From a virus, in the IMG/VR virus record IMGVR_UViG_3300035042_000066: a stretch of DNA of 64,000 nt. One strand, 5' to 3'. Under the pieces are notes generated by a model. The model had not been told where the DNA came from. It worked only from the letters and a program-made list of their open reading frames with translations, and ran no database searches. Shown here piece after piece: positions 9,073-17,628 of this stretch; the stretch's first letter is position 1, and each line of letters begins with the position of its first letter. Position numbers and translations under genes: made by a program.

Positions 9073-9381
9073 TTATTTTCCAAATTTATTATTACATAGA
9101 AATATTTTTTTACCTACTTCTCTACCAGCTTCCCAAATACATCTGATCTCATCTGTAGTAAGTCTATCTTTTATGTTCCCCTTAACACCAAACATCAGAA
9201 ATCTATCAAATTCGCAATTAGACCAACTTTCGCAATTTCTACATTGTTGTTTATTAGTTAGTTCTATTACGTTTGGAAACCCTTCATAACAACAAGTTTT
9301 TCCATTTTCTTCGTGTAAATAAACACATATAGGACAATTGTAATATTCGTTTCTTTTACCGTCCATTAATAATCTCCCCAT
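9073..9381 (-). CDS. Cys-rich hypothetical protein
   Basis: CPIC...CC...CRNC ORF. Confidence 0.6.
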   Translation of the reverse strand: MGRLLMDGKRNEYYNCPICVYLHEENGKTCCYEGFPNVIELTNKQQCRNCESWSNCEFDRFLMFGVKGNIKDRLTTDEIRCIWEAGREVGKKIFLCNNKFGK

Positions 9382-9389
9382 AATTTACT

Positions 9390-9681
9390 CTTACATGATT
9401 TTTATACCAGTCTTGTTTTTCGAATCCCGTTTTAAAGTCACTGTAAAATCCATCTATATCAGAAATTTATCGTGGTCGTGTTTTCCAGCGCAATTTCTAA
9501 GGCGCTTTGCAAAATAATTTAGCCCTTGTTGTACATCTGCGATATGACTTTTTGAAGACGAAAGTAATAGATCTTTTGGTACTTTTGTCCAATCAGATGT
9601 CCTTGTGTCTGTTGTTTCGCTTTTGTAAATTTCAATTATATCATTAGAATCTTCTTTTAATAGTTGCTTGAATGTTCCCAT
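9390..9681 (-). pseudogene. HD-like (DUF5662-type) phage gene, frameshifted near 9463 and 3'-truncated
   Basis: KS..TDTRTSDW...SHIADV...HDHDK, continues in another frame SDIDGFYSDFKTGFEKQDWYKNHVR; family assignment from recall. Confidence 0.55.
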
Positions 9682-9725
9682 GTGAACTACACACTACCCT
9701 AAAGGGTTAGTGGTTTTATAGTGAA
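9682..9725 (-). mobile_element. IS200/IS605-type right-end scar
   Basis: AAACCACTAACCCTTTAGGGTAGTGTGTAGTTCAC, ending in the same GTAGTTCAC as the full IS. Confidence 0.6.
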
Positions 9726-9742
9726 GATTTAATAAAATTTCC

Positions 9743-10126
9743 TTATAGTCTTATTTCTCGATAGTAAGGTTCTTTATCTATAGTATAAAATACTTTCTTA
9801 ACGCCCAATTCAGAAAGCATATAAGCACATTGTGAACAAGGTTTTGCTAATGCAGGTTTTCCATTAGCATACTCTCTGTATATATAAACAGAACAACCAG
9901 CAACATCTTCTTTTTTCATTTTACTAAGTGCTGCTCTTTCTGCGTGTAGGGATTCTTTCCATTCAGTAAAATTAGTGCTGCCTACTGAACAAAATCTAAC
10001 TTCATTATATCCTGTTGATTGTATTGATCCGCCCTTTACTACAACACATCCCATTTTATGAACATACGTTGATTTTTCTGATTCAATTTTTGCCATTCTA
10101 AACCATTTAGGCAATCGAACTTTCAT
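9743..10126 (-). CDS. zinc-dependent cytidine/dCMP deaminase-family protein
   Basis: HAE...PCxxC motifs. Confidence 0.85.
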   Translation of the reverse strand: MKVRLPKWFRMAKIESEKSTYVHKMGCVVVKGGSIQSTGYNEVRFCSVGSTNFTEWKESLHAERAALSKMKKEDVAGCSVYIYREYANGKPALAKPCSQCAYMLSELGVKKVFYTIDKEPYYREIRL

Positions 10127-10163
10127 CTTAACCTCTCAAATAAATAATTTAAATATTAAATAT

Positions 10164-10224
10164 AATATACATTATTTAAATTCAATTGTAAATAAAAAAG
10201 GGGATTCTTTTTAGAATCCCCTTT
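10164..10224 (-). promoter_or_regulatory. terminator + early promoter
   Basis: AAAGGGGATTCT/AGAATCCCCTTTTTT hairpin then TTTACA-N17-TATATT. Confidence 0.7.
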
Positions 10225-10231
10225 AAATAAT

Positions 10232-10466
10232 TTATTTCTTTTCAAAATTTGGTTTTACTTCAGTTTCTTTAAAAGAATTAAAAATCCCTAACAACATTAG
10301 AATAGAAGGAATTAGTTCCGCTACCACAATTACTGCACAAAATCCTAAAAATCCCCAAACTAAAATTCCTGAATGATCATCTCTTCCTGCTAATGTGAAT
10401 GCTAAAAACTGGTGTATAAATTAATGTTGTTAGAATTGTTAATAAAATAGTTAATAGACTTTTCAT
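10232..10466 (-). pseudogene. small two-TM membrane protein gene with +1 frameshift in a T run at 10404-10408
   Basis: Corrected read MKSLLTILLTILTTLIYTPVLAFTLAGRDDHSGILVWGFLGFCAVIVVAELIPSILMLLG...; length 235 nt = 78 codons + 1. Confidence 0.65.
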
Positions 10467-10514
10467 AATGCTTCTCCTTTAAATTAAGTTAAATTATTTT
10501 ATACTATTATATAT

Positions 10515-10568
10515 GAAAAATCTATGCCAACTTTTATGAATTTTTACAAGATATATAAGTTATTGAAA
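10515..10568 (-). promoter_or_regulatory. sigma54-like promoter with upstream IHF-like site
   Basis: TTGGCATAGATTTTTCA (one mismatch at the -12 GC) and TTTCAATAACTTA at 10556-10568. Confidence 0.35.
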
Positions 10569-10820
10569 TCATTATATATTTTATAGATATAATTTAGAAT
10601 AATTCAGAATAGTATATTCTTTGTATACTATTGCATATATTTTTATTATTTAAATATACACTTATTACACCTATTTTCGACCTTGTTCTTTCCATTCAGC
10701 TTTATTAGCAAAAATATGAGTTTTTTCGTTAACTTTAGTAATTGCTACGTCATCAGATACACGAGTTACTTTGTCTGTTTTAATGTTTTTAATACACTTC
10801 ATAATTGTTTCTCCATGTGT

Positions 10821-11345
10821 TTAGTTAATTTTTATGAACCTATGTTTATGATTAGATTCACCTTGATATGACCACCCTAAATTATTAAATTTAGAAAGAA
10901 CAATTCTATTCTTAGTCATAGTTTTATAAACTTTTTGTAATTTTTTATTATCGCCTTCAAATATTACTGAATTAATATTTTCATTATTTTTTAAATAATC
11001 AAACAATATATAAATAGCTCTATTAAAAAAAGCTAAAGCATTATTACCATAAATTGGTTCTGATGTAGTATCTAAATCTTCTTTGTTTTTTACTTTATCT
11101 CCAGTAAAAAATTTAAAAATAATCTCATTGGATTTATCTGAACTGGTTATTATTACTTCAATTATTTTAGATGAGTAATTAAAATATGTAGAACCATAAG
11201 CATTAAATCTTTTATTATCAAAATCTGGAAAGTTTGTACCATATTCTGTTTGTTTAATATCAAAACTTTCTGTTAATCTTTTTTTAATTAAAAACTCCTC
11301 GATACTTATTTCTGATTCTTCATAAAACTCTTTAAAAGATTTCAA
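10821..11345 (-). CDS. putative internal head protein; paralog of the IS-split gene at 47114-49360
   Basis: N-terminus MKSFKEFYEE; alignable over its length with the reconstructed gene. Confidence 0.75.
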   Translation of the reverse strand: MKSFKEFYEESEISIEEFLIKKRLTESFDIKQTEYGTNFPDFDNKRFNAYGSTYFNYSSKIIEVIITSSDKSNEIIFKFFTGDKVKNKEDLDTTSEPIYGNNALAFFNRAIYILFDYLKNNENINSVIFEGDNKKLQKVYKTMTKNRIVLSKFNNLGWSYQGESNHKHRFIKIN

Positions 11346-11365
11346 AATTTAAACCTTTAATAAAA

Positions 11366-11441
11366 TGGTGGGCCTCATAGGACTTAAACCTACAACCGAA
11401 CCGTTATGAGCGGTTTGCTCTACCAATTGAGCTAAAGGCCC
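11366..11441 (-). tRNA. tRNA with CAT anticodon (likely Ile2, otherwise Met)
   Basis: Cloverleaf GGGCCTT..AGGCCCA-CCA; T-loop TTTAAGT is non-canonical. Confidence 0.85.
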
Positions 11442-11447
11442 ATATAA

Positions 11448-11529
11448 TGGCTCCTCAGGTTGGACTCGAACCAACATTGCCAAAGGCACTGATTAACAGT
11501 CAGCTGCATTACCAATCTGCCACTGAGGA
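11448..11529 (-). tRNA. tRNA-Asn(GTT) with a long variable arm
   Basis: TCCTCAG/CTGAGGA acceptor, loop CTGTTAA, extra arm GCCTTTGGC, G73-CCA. Confidence 0.85.
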
Positions 11530-11535
11530 ATATTT

Positions 11536-11612
11536 TGGTAGACGTGGTGAGATTCGAACTCACACTTTAAGGATTTTAAGTCCTTTGCCTCTGCCAGTTG
11601 GGCTACACGTCC
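11536..11612 (-). tRNA. tRNA-Leu(TAA) with a short variable loop
   Basis: GGACGTG/CACGTCT acceptor, loop CTTAAAA, TTCGAAT, CCA. Confidence 0.9.
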
Positions 11613-11618
11613 ATTCAC

Positions 11619-12239
11619 TTAATCTATTTCTACTACGTTATATCCTACAACATCCCATACTTTTTTGTCTACAAAATAAAATTCAAAATTATCAAGTCCT
11701 TCTACAATAACTTCATTTTGGCCTTCAGTGATAACTTGTTCTTGTAGATTTGTTTGCCCTATTTCATAGATATAATTGATAAATTCTTGACTAAACATAC
11801 CATTTTTGTACGCTTCTACAACTACCTTTTCTGTTCCTGATTTAGCAGTAGATTTGCCTTGCGGTAGTACTGTAATAATTACAACTTGATTTTCTTCAGA
11901 TTTTGATTTTCCATCCGGCCTATAGTCTATAACAATACCTTGATTTAAACTTTTTGAATAAAACAAATATTCTTTGCTTGAAGAATTATTTTTAGTTAGA
12001 TAGTTAATAACCTTTTGGAAAAGGTATTTAATTTGTTCAACTGATGTATTTGATCTTTCTAAATATCGTTCAGCTGAATGTTTAGTATCAATAATCCATT
12101 TATTTTTGTATTGATATAAATATTCTTCAGACTTTCCTTTTAGTCTTTTGTATAAAGGAATATTTTTTTGTTCTTTCTCAACTCTTTTTAGAATATTTGA
12201 AATATTCTTTTCTTGTAAAATTTCTTTAAAATCTATCAT
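11619..12239 (-). CDS. putative internal head protein inside the tRNA cluster
   Basis: N-terminus MIDFKEILQE. Confidence 0.7.
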   Translation of the reverse strand: MIDFKEILQEKNISNILKRVEKEQKNIPLYKRLKGKSEEYLYQYKNKWIIDTKHSAERYLERSNTSVEQIKYLFQKVINYLTKNNSSSKEYLFYSKSLNQGIVIDYRPDGKSKSEENQVVIITVLPQGKSTAKSGTEKVVVEAYKNGMFSQEFINYIYEIGQTNLQEQVITEGQNEVIVEGLDNFEFYFVDKKVWDVVGYNVVEID

Positions 12240-12258
12240 TATTTTTCCCTTTTATTAA

Positions 12259-12290
12259 TGGTCTCCGTGGTAGGACTCGAACCTACATCA
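12259..12290 (-). pseudogene. 3' fragment of tRNA-Arg(TCT): variable loop, T arm, acceptor, CCA
   Basis: TGAT GTAGG TTCGAGT CCTAC CACGGAG A CCA begins right after the endonuclease stop codon. Confidence 0.8.
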
Positions 12291-13058
12291 TTATGAGGGT
12301 TTTTTTCTTTTAAAACAATTATTTTCATAAAAATTAGGTAAATATCGTTTCATCCACCAATTTACTTTAGACGGTGAAATGCCTAATATTTTTGAAGCTT
12401 CATTTACCCATCCAAATTTAGAAAAATCAATATTAGATGTTAATATTTTTTCTTTATAAGGCTCCCACTTTATATCAGCCTTTTGTCTGGGAGATAATTT
12501 TTTTGATTTATTTTTATTTTTATTTTTTCTGTCAAATTGTTCTTTTAAATAATTTGAATAATCTGGTTGCTCCCTTTTTGAGATTATTTTTTCTAATTTA
12601 TCTAAATTCCAAGAAATAGAATAATGTAGTTCTAAAATATTCCAACCATTTTCTAATAGAAGATTATGTCTTTTTTGATAATATTCTTTTAATGTCCCAT
12701 CTCTATTATAATGTTGATTTCCATTTATTTCAATACCTAGTTTAATATCTGGAAATGCTATATCAATAGAAAAAAATCTATTTTTTAATGGTTGATATTC
12801 TTCAATAAATTTAATATTTCGTTCAGATAAAAATTTTTTTACTTTTTCACAAGGAACAGAAATTTGTTTATTTTTATTTCTCCATGGATGTTTATCTGGG
12901 TTTTCTTTTAAATATTTAATTCTCTTTTTAGATAGTTGTTCTCTGGTTTTTTTAGAGTGTTGATTTGAGCATTTATCACTACAATATTTACGTCTTTTGT
13001 CAAAACCTAATTTAACTGGATCAAAATTTTTATTACATCTAGGGCATATTTTATTCAT
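12291..13058 (-). CDS. free-standing putative homing endonuclease (Vsr/DUF559-like PD-(D/E)xK) with N-terminal Zn finger
   Basis: CPRC..CSDKC; FSIDIAFPDIKLGIEINGNQHY; C-terminal HTH-like segment. Confidence 0.75.
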   Translation of the reverse strand: MNKICPRCNKNFDPVKLGFDKRRKYCSDKCSNQHSKKTREQLSKKRIKYLKENPDKHPWRNKNKQISVPCEKVKKFLSERNIKFIEEYQPLKNRFFSIDIAFPDIKLGIEINGNQHYNRDGTLKEYYQKRHNLLLENGWNILELHYSISWNLDKLEKIISKREQPDYSNYLKEQFDRKNKNKNKSKKLSPRQKADIKWEPYKEKILTSNIDFSKFGWVNEASKILGISPSKVNWWMKRYLPNFYENNCFKRKKPS

Positions 13059-13104
13059 TTAAACCTCCTTATATATTATTTATCTTTTTATAAGGAGGTT
13101 TAAA
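13058..13104 (-). promoter_or_regulatory. RBS-sequestering hairpin with late promoter in the loop
   Basis: Perfect 16-bp IR TTTAAACCTCCTTATA/TATAAGGAGGTTTAAA covering the SD and the A of ATG; AGATAAATA at 13077-13085. Confidence 0.85.
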
Positions 13105-13123
13105 TTAATATCTGATATTAATA

Positions 13124-13159
13124 AGAAATCTATTGCTCATCCAGTTGAGCTACACTGAG
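13124..13159 (-). pseudogene. 5' fragment of tRNA-Arg(TCT), up to the anticodon
   Basis: CTCAGTG TA GCTC AACTGGAT GAGC A ATAGA TT TCT; pairs 6/7 with the 3' fragment acceptor. Confidence 0.8.
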
Positions 13160-13174
13160 ATTTTATTAAATTTA

Positions 13175-13456
13175 TTAAAAACTAAAAGGTTTCAATTTAT
13201 TCGCTACTTCTTTTGCTTCTTCTTGGGTATCAAAGTATCCCACAGTTTCATCAGCATAATCACTACGCTGATCTACATAATCTACTGTAACATGCTGACA
13301 ACTATCACAATAATCCCCAGTTGAAATAAAATCATTTTTTTCAGATTCAGTCAAATCATTTTCATCACAGTTATAACAACCAACAGCGAAATTTGAAATT
13401 GAAACTCTCCAAGCTTTGTTCATCTTAAATCTCCTTTTTAAAATAATTTCGATCAA
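13175..13456 (-). CDS. hypothetical protein
   Basis: ORF with early promoter upstream. Confidence 0.6.
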   Translation of the reverse strand: MIEIILKRRFKMNKAWRVSISNFAVGCYNCDENDLTESEKNDFISTGDYCDSCQHVTVDYVDQRSDYADETVGYFDTQEEAKEVANKLKPFSF

Positions 13457-13465
13457 CTTGAGTAT

Positions 13466-13495
13466 ATAATAACATGTTCAATTTCAGAAGTAAAC
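13466..13495 (-). promoter_or_regulatory. T4-like early promoter
   Basis: GTTTAC..TATTAT; TTTACTTC-type copies also near 35.6, 36.6 and 56.8 kb. Confidence 0.6.
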
Positions 13496-13518
13496 AATAA
13501 AATGAATTATTTTCAGGT

Positions 13519-15546
13519 TTATTGCTCTATTTCTAGTTTACCTTCTTCGATTAATTTAGAAATAATCTCAGAACTTCCTTCAGCAAAGGGATCAGACCAT
13601 TTTGCTTCAGGATCATAATCTAGTTCTTCATCTTCAGAAGGGCTTTTTACGAAAGTATATTTACTATCTGATTCCATATCATTCTCCAGTAGAATTGATC
13701 CATTTTTAGTTTTCTTCTTAAAGGACTTTAAAGCTGAACCTATGTAAATACAAGTATAAAGGTATTTTGTATTACCGTGTTTCTTAACTTCTACAGCTTC
13801 AATAACTTTTAAAATAGAATAAGGTGGTAATGCTATTTCAGCTTCACTTGAATGATGTGAAAAATTATCAAAACAAGGGAAACATTTAGTACCAGCAGGT
13901 AAATAAATTTTAAGTCTCGTGTTACCACCAGAACCTAAACTCATTTTTGAGTCAACAGAAGTAGATAAAACAGCAGCATCAACAATATTTTCACCTATAC
14001 CATAAGGAACATTAGGATCATCAGCATTCCTATAAACCCAAACGCTATCAGATATTCTTGGAGCTTCTTTTTCAAAATAATTTATTAATGTTTTTATCTT
14101 AGGATCTAGTTCATTATAGTTTAATCTTTTTTCTTTGATTTGTTGTCTTAATTCTGGATTGCATTCACAAGCAAAACCATTAGTATAATCTTTAAGAGTT
14201 TTTGAGCCAGCACTTGGAGGATTTTCAGAAACTGAATTCATCCAGTTTGCAACCTCAGGCATTTTTTTAATATAGTTCTGTTTTTCGTATTTGTTTTCAA
14301 TATCCCCTTCTTGAAACCCCATTTCTCCATTATCATATTTTGATTCATTACCACTCAAAAATGGTTCAGCAGTAACAACAGGTTCTTGTTCTAATTCTAA
14401 TTTATCATAAATTACACTATTTGCTGAGCCTGAACTGATATTTTCTTCTTTTTTCTTCTGAGCTAAAAACGAAGTACTATCTGCTAAATTATCTATTTCT
14501 ACTTGTTTAAATGATTTCATAGCATCATAAATATCTTGATTCTGTAGATTTAAACTTTCATCAGAATTCATATAATTATACTTTTTCATTGCTTCAATCA
14601 TATTTTTAGACATAACGGCTTTATTAGTACAAAAAGCGTATTGAAGATTTGACAAATCTAATTTATCTTCATTATAACCCTTTTCTCTAATATTTTTAAA
14701 AGCATTAGGTAAACAATAAGCTAGAACATGTGCTAAAGGAATAGTTACAAAATGATCATTTTCTTTTATTGTTTCACTAAAAGGCGTTATTTTCAATATT
14801 TTACCTTCTGAATCTTTTGCTTTATCTGAATCACCTTTTTTCTCTTTATGTTTTTCTACAGCTTTATTTAAATCACTTATCAATTCTGGAGTTGCTGTTA
14901 ATTCCGTCTCTATTTTACCAAAAGCTAAAACTTCATCAGGTTCTAAAGAAACTTTATTAGGAATATTTTTATAATATTCTGAACCTTGATCTAATACTTC
15001 TGAATCTACTGTACCATCAAAAGAAAAGTGTTTAGTAAAAGTAACAGAAGTAAATAATGACTCAGGATTTACACCTTTCCTAACTAAAAATAAATAGTTT
15101 CTTGCTTTTTCTGAAGTTTTATTTACTGGTATAGTTTCATATTGTTTAATATAAGATTTTTTAATTATTTTTTCAAGAAAATTTACATATTTTTCTGATT
15201 GCTTTTTAGCTGGTAATTGAATGATTACACCATCCATTTTTTGTTTAATAAAAGGATAACAAGATTCGAAAAATTTAATAGCAGTTGATAAACCTTGTCT
15301 AATATCAGCTGAAGATTTAAATTGCCACATTCTTTTCTTTACTTTTACTACTCTATATACGTCTAATAAATATACATTATCCCATTGAGATAAAATTAAC
15401 GAAGCACCATAATCTTCATCATTAATTTTAAATGCAGCATAAATTTCTCTAGGCATTTTTGTATCTTCTGTCATATAGAATTCAATTGGAGAATCAATTG
15501 ATTCCTGTAATTCTTTTGTTATTAAAAAATTTGAAAACGATTCCAT
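13519..15546 (-). CDS. alt: Alt-like NAD-protein ADP-ribosyltransferase
   Basis: C-terminal VYR...STS...EAE (R-S-E) motif; size and N-terminal region resemble T4 Alt. Confidence 0.75.
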   Translation of the reverse strand: MESFSNFLITKELQESIDSPIEFYMTEDTKMPREIYAAFKINDEDYGASLILSQWDNVYLLDVYRVVKVKKRMWQFKSSADIRQGLSTAIKFFESCYPFIKQKMDGVIIQLPAKKQSEKYVNFLEKIIKKSYIKQYETIPVNKTSEKARNYLFLVRKGVNPESLFTSVTFTKHFSFDGTVDSEVLDQGSEYYKNIPNKVSLEPDEVLAFGKIETELTATPELISDLNKAVEKHKEKKGDSDKAKDSEGKILKITPFSETIKENDHFVTIPLAHVLAYCLPNAFKNIREKGYNEDKLDLSNLQYAFCTNKAVMSKNMIEAMKKYNYMNSDESLNLQNQDIYDAMKSFKQVEIDNLADSTSFLAQKKKEENISSGSANSVIYDKLELEQEPVVTAEPFLSGNESKYDNGEMGFQEGDIENKYEKQNYIKKMPEVANWMNSVSENPPSAGSKTLKDYTNGFACECNPELRQQIKEKRLNYNELDPKIKTLINYFEKEAPRISDSVWVYRNADDPNVPYGIGENIVDAAVLSTSVDSKMSLGSGGNTRLKIYLPAGTKCFPCFDNFSHHSSEAEIALPPYSILKVIEAVEVKKHGNTKYLYTCIYIGSALKSFKKKTKNGSILLENDMESDSKYTFVKSPSEDEELDYDPEAKWSDPFAEGSSEIISKLIEEGKLEIEQ

Positions 15547-15556
15547 ATGTTTCCCC

Positions 15557-16033
15557 TTATATCTTTATTAGAATAGCTTTTGGAGTTATACCTAATTGTT
15601 GAGCGATATCAAGTCTAGTGTTACCTGACATTATTCTCATTTTTCCATTAGGCATTTCAATAATAAATGGCATTTTCATTGGTTTATTATCTTTAAATGC
15701 TTCATATATTGCTTCTATAGTTTTTTCATTTCTAAATTCAGGATATGAAGCATAACCTTTTATTAAAGAAATTATTTCTTCTTTAGATTTAGTTCTACTT
15801 CTATACGATATTTTTCTATCAAAAGATTTTGTAACATTTACTACTTCTCCTGATTTAACTGCTTCTTTAAAATCGTTAACAGTAGGAAAAGCATCGTTAG
15901 TTATTCTTTTAAGTGGTTTGATATCGTATTCGATTTTATATTCTAGTTCAATATCTTTATCAGAAGGAATTATCCAATTATTGAACTGAATTTTTTCTTG
16001 TAAAATTTCTTTATATGTTTTCATCGGATTCAA
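15557..16033 (-). CDS. ParB/sulfiredoxin-like domain protein with capsid-targeting-like N-terminus
   Basis: MKTYKEILQE; PFIIE...RIMSGNTRL. Confidence 0.6.
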   Translation of the reverse strand: MNPMKTYKEILQEKIQFNNWIIPSDKDIELEYKIEYDIKPLKRITNDAFPTVNDFKEAVKSGEVVNVTKSFDRKISYRSRTKSKEEIISLIKGYASYPEFRNEKTIEAIYEAFKDNKPMKMPFIIEMPNGKMRIMSGNTRLDIAQQLGITPKAILIKI

Positions 16034-16448
16034 ATACTCCTAGATAATGTTCTTCAAATTCTTCTGTAGTATTATCTTTATCACAAAACATATTCAAATC
16101 AGCCCAATAACCACTGGTATAAAGTTTAAATTGAGTTTCAAACATTACCCGCCAAACTTTAGAGCAAGCACTTTTAAGAGATTCAAGTTTGGGTGAAATA
16201 GAATTTTTAAAGTTAGAATAATCTATATTTTCTATTCTATTAGCAATGATATTAGTAACATATTTCTTATCTAATATCATCCTAAATCTATAATCGTTAT
16301 AAGGAGTTTCTAGAACTTCATGATCTCCGAATACACGTTCTAAATCTCCTTTAATTCTTGCTCTAACTAGAAATTTAGATTTATCTTCGTAACTTTCCAC
16401 TATACTAAAAAATCCATCGTTTAAAAATATCCACATAATTATCTCCAC
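16011..16448 (-). CDS. conserved hypothetical protein
   Basis: MWIFLNDGFFSIV...LVRAR...DYRFR...IDYSNFK. Confidence 0.75.
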   Translation of the reverse strand: MEIIMWIFLNDGFFSIVESYEDKSKFLVRARIKGDLERVFGDHEVLETPYNDYRFRMILDKKYVTNIIANRIENIDYSNFKNSISPKLESLKSACSKVWRVMFETQFKLYTSGYWADLNMFCDKDNTTEEFEEHYLGVFESDENI

Positions 16449-16469
16449 ATTTAAGTTTAAGTTTAATTT

Positions 16470-16590
16470 TAAAATTTAATTCGCTTTTTATTCAAGGGAT
16501 TACCCTAACCATTGACTATATATCGAAAGGAGGCTTTGGACTAAGTAATAGTCAGAAGGAGGTAGCGAATCACCTTTTCACTTCACAAAT
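16470..16590 (-). ncRNA. candidate structured leader or sRNA with two anti-SD motifs
   Basis: GC-richer hairpin-forming tract just downstream of a GTTTAC..TATATT promoter (16593-16622). Confidence 0.4.
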
Positions 16591-16651
16591 ACAATATAAC
16601 ATCATTTATTAGCTTTGTAAACTAAATTTATATATTATTATGATATGAGCA

Positions 16652-17122
16652 TTAATTTGCTTTAATTTTTCTGAACATACCTTTATGACGAAGATAAAAG
16701 TTTTTACCTTTATTCTTTTTAGCCCATTGAGCCATATTAGTATCTTTATAATGTTTTTTCCACCATTGACCAGATTGTCTTGCTTTTCTGTGAAGATTGA
16801 AAAATTGATCCTCATCACAATCAAAGAAGGGTGTACCACAATTCATTTTTCCTGTAGGAGCGCCTAATGGTCCTTGTGGCATTGCTACAGAACTTGTTCC
16901 AGTCATTTCAGCAATTAAATCTAAATAATCTTCTTCTGATAAATCTTCTTTGATACTTAACATTTTCTTTAAAATACCAGTAACATAGGGATAAAAATCT
17001 TCATCACTTTCTTTTCTACCCTCATCTTTAGCAATTGCTTTTGCTTTAATATATAAAAATTCTATTTCAGATTCTGGTTTTCCTGTTTTTTTAGCAAATG
17101 ATTTTACTATATTGCTAGGCAT
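16652..17122 (-). CDS. conserved T4-like phage hypothetical protein
   Basis: MPSNIVKSFAKKTGK...YVTGILKKML. Confidence 0.7.
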   Translation of the reverse strand: MPSNIVKSFAKKTGKPESEIEFLYIKAKAIAKDEGRKESDEDFYPYVTGILKKMLSIKEDLSEEDYLDLIAEMTGTSSVAMPQGPLGAPTGKMNCGTPFFDCDEDQFFNLHRKARQSGQWWKKHYKDTNMAQWAKKNKGKNFYLRHKGMFRKIKAN

Positions 17123-17140
17123 TTTTAATCCCCTTTGTTT

Positions 17141-17557
17141 TTATGCTGTATATTTTAACCAATTCAGAGCTTCTTTTTTGGTTTCAAAGAATGTAATAAC
17201 ACTAGTATTACCTATACTAACCACATAATATTCATTCTTCACAGGTTTTTGAGTCCCGCCCCAAACGTCAAGATCTTTACCACTATCATAAAGCACATTA
17301 CTACTATTATAAATTGGCAGTTCGTATAGATATAAATCATCTTTTGCTTTAATGGGTTTGTTGTTTTTTGCATATTCAACAAATTTTCTTACTAATTGTT
17401 TGTTTTCATTTTCATCCCCAGATTTATCAGTGATATAAGATGATTTCACTTTAAATGTCTGGCCACTTCCTTGTGCATATGCTACCCAAAGTTCATCTTC
17501 AACTTTATAAATTTTATTTTCTGTTCTTTCCTGAAGAATTTCTTTATATGTTTTCAT
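17141..17557 (-). CDS. putative internal head protein
   Basis: N-terminus MKTYKEILQE. Confidence 0.65.
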   Translation of the reverse strand: MKTYKEILQERTENKIYKVEDELWVAYAQGSGQTFKVKSSYITDKSGDENENKQLVRKFVEYAKNNKPIKAKDDLYLYELPIYNSSNVLYDSGKDLDVWGGTQKPVKNEYYVVSIGNTSVITFFETKKEALNWLKYTA

Positions 17558-17628
17558 ATTTCTCCCTTAAATTTTATTTTCTAAACTATATATAATACAA
17601 CAATATTATTTTTGTGAGTCAACATATT

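Noticed and set aside
11447-11710. 87-aa plus-strand ORF
   Set aside because: Antisense read of tRNA genes
16609-16867. ORFs 16609- and 16685+ overlapping 16652..17122
   Set aside because: Alternative-frame or antisense ORFs without RBS or motifs
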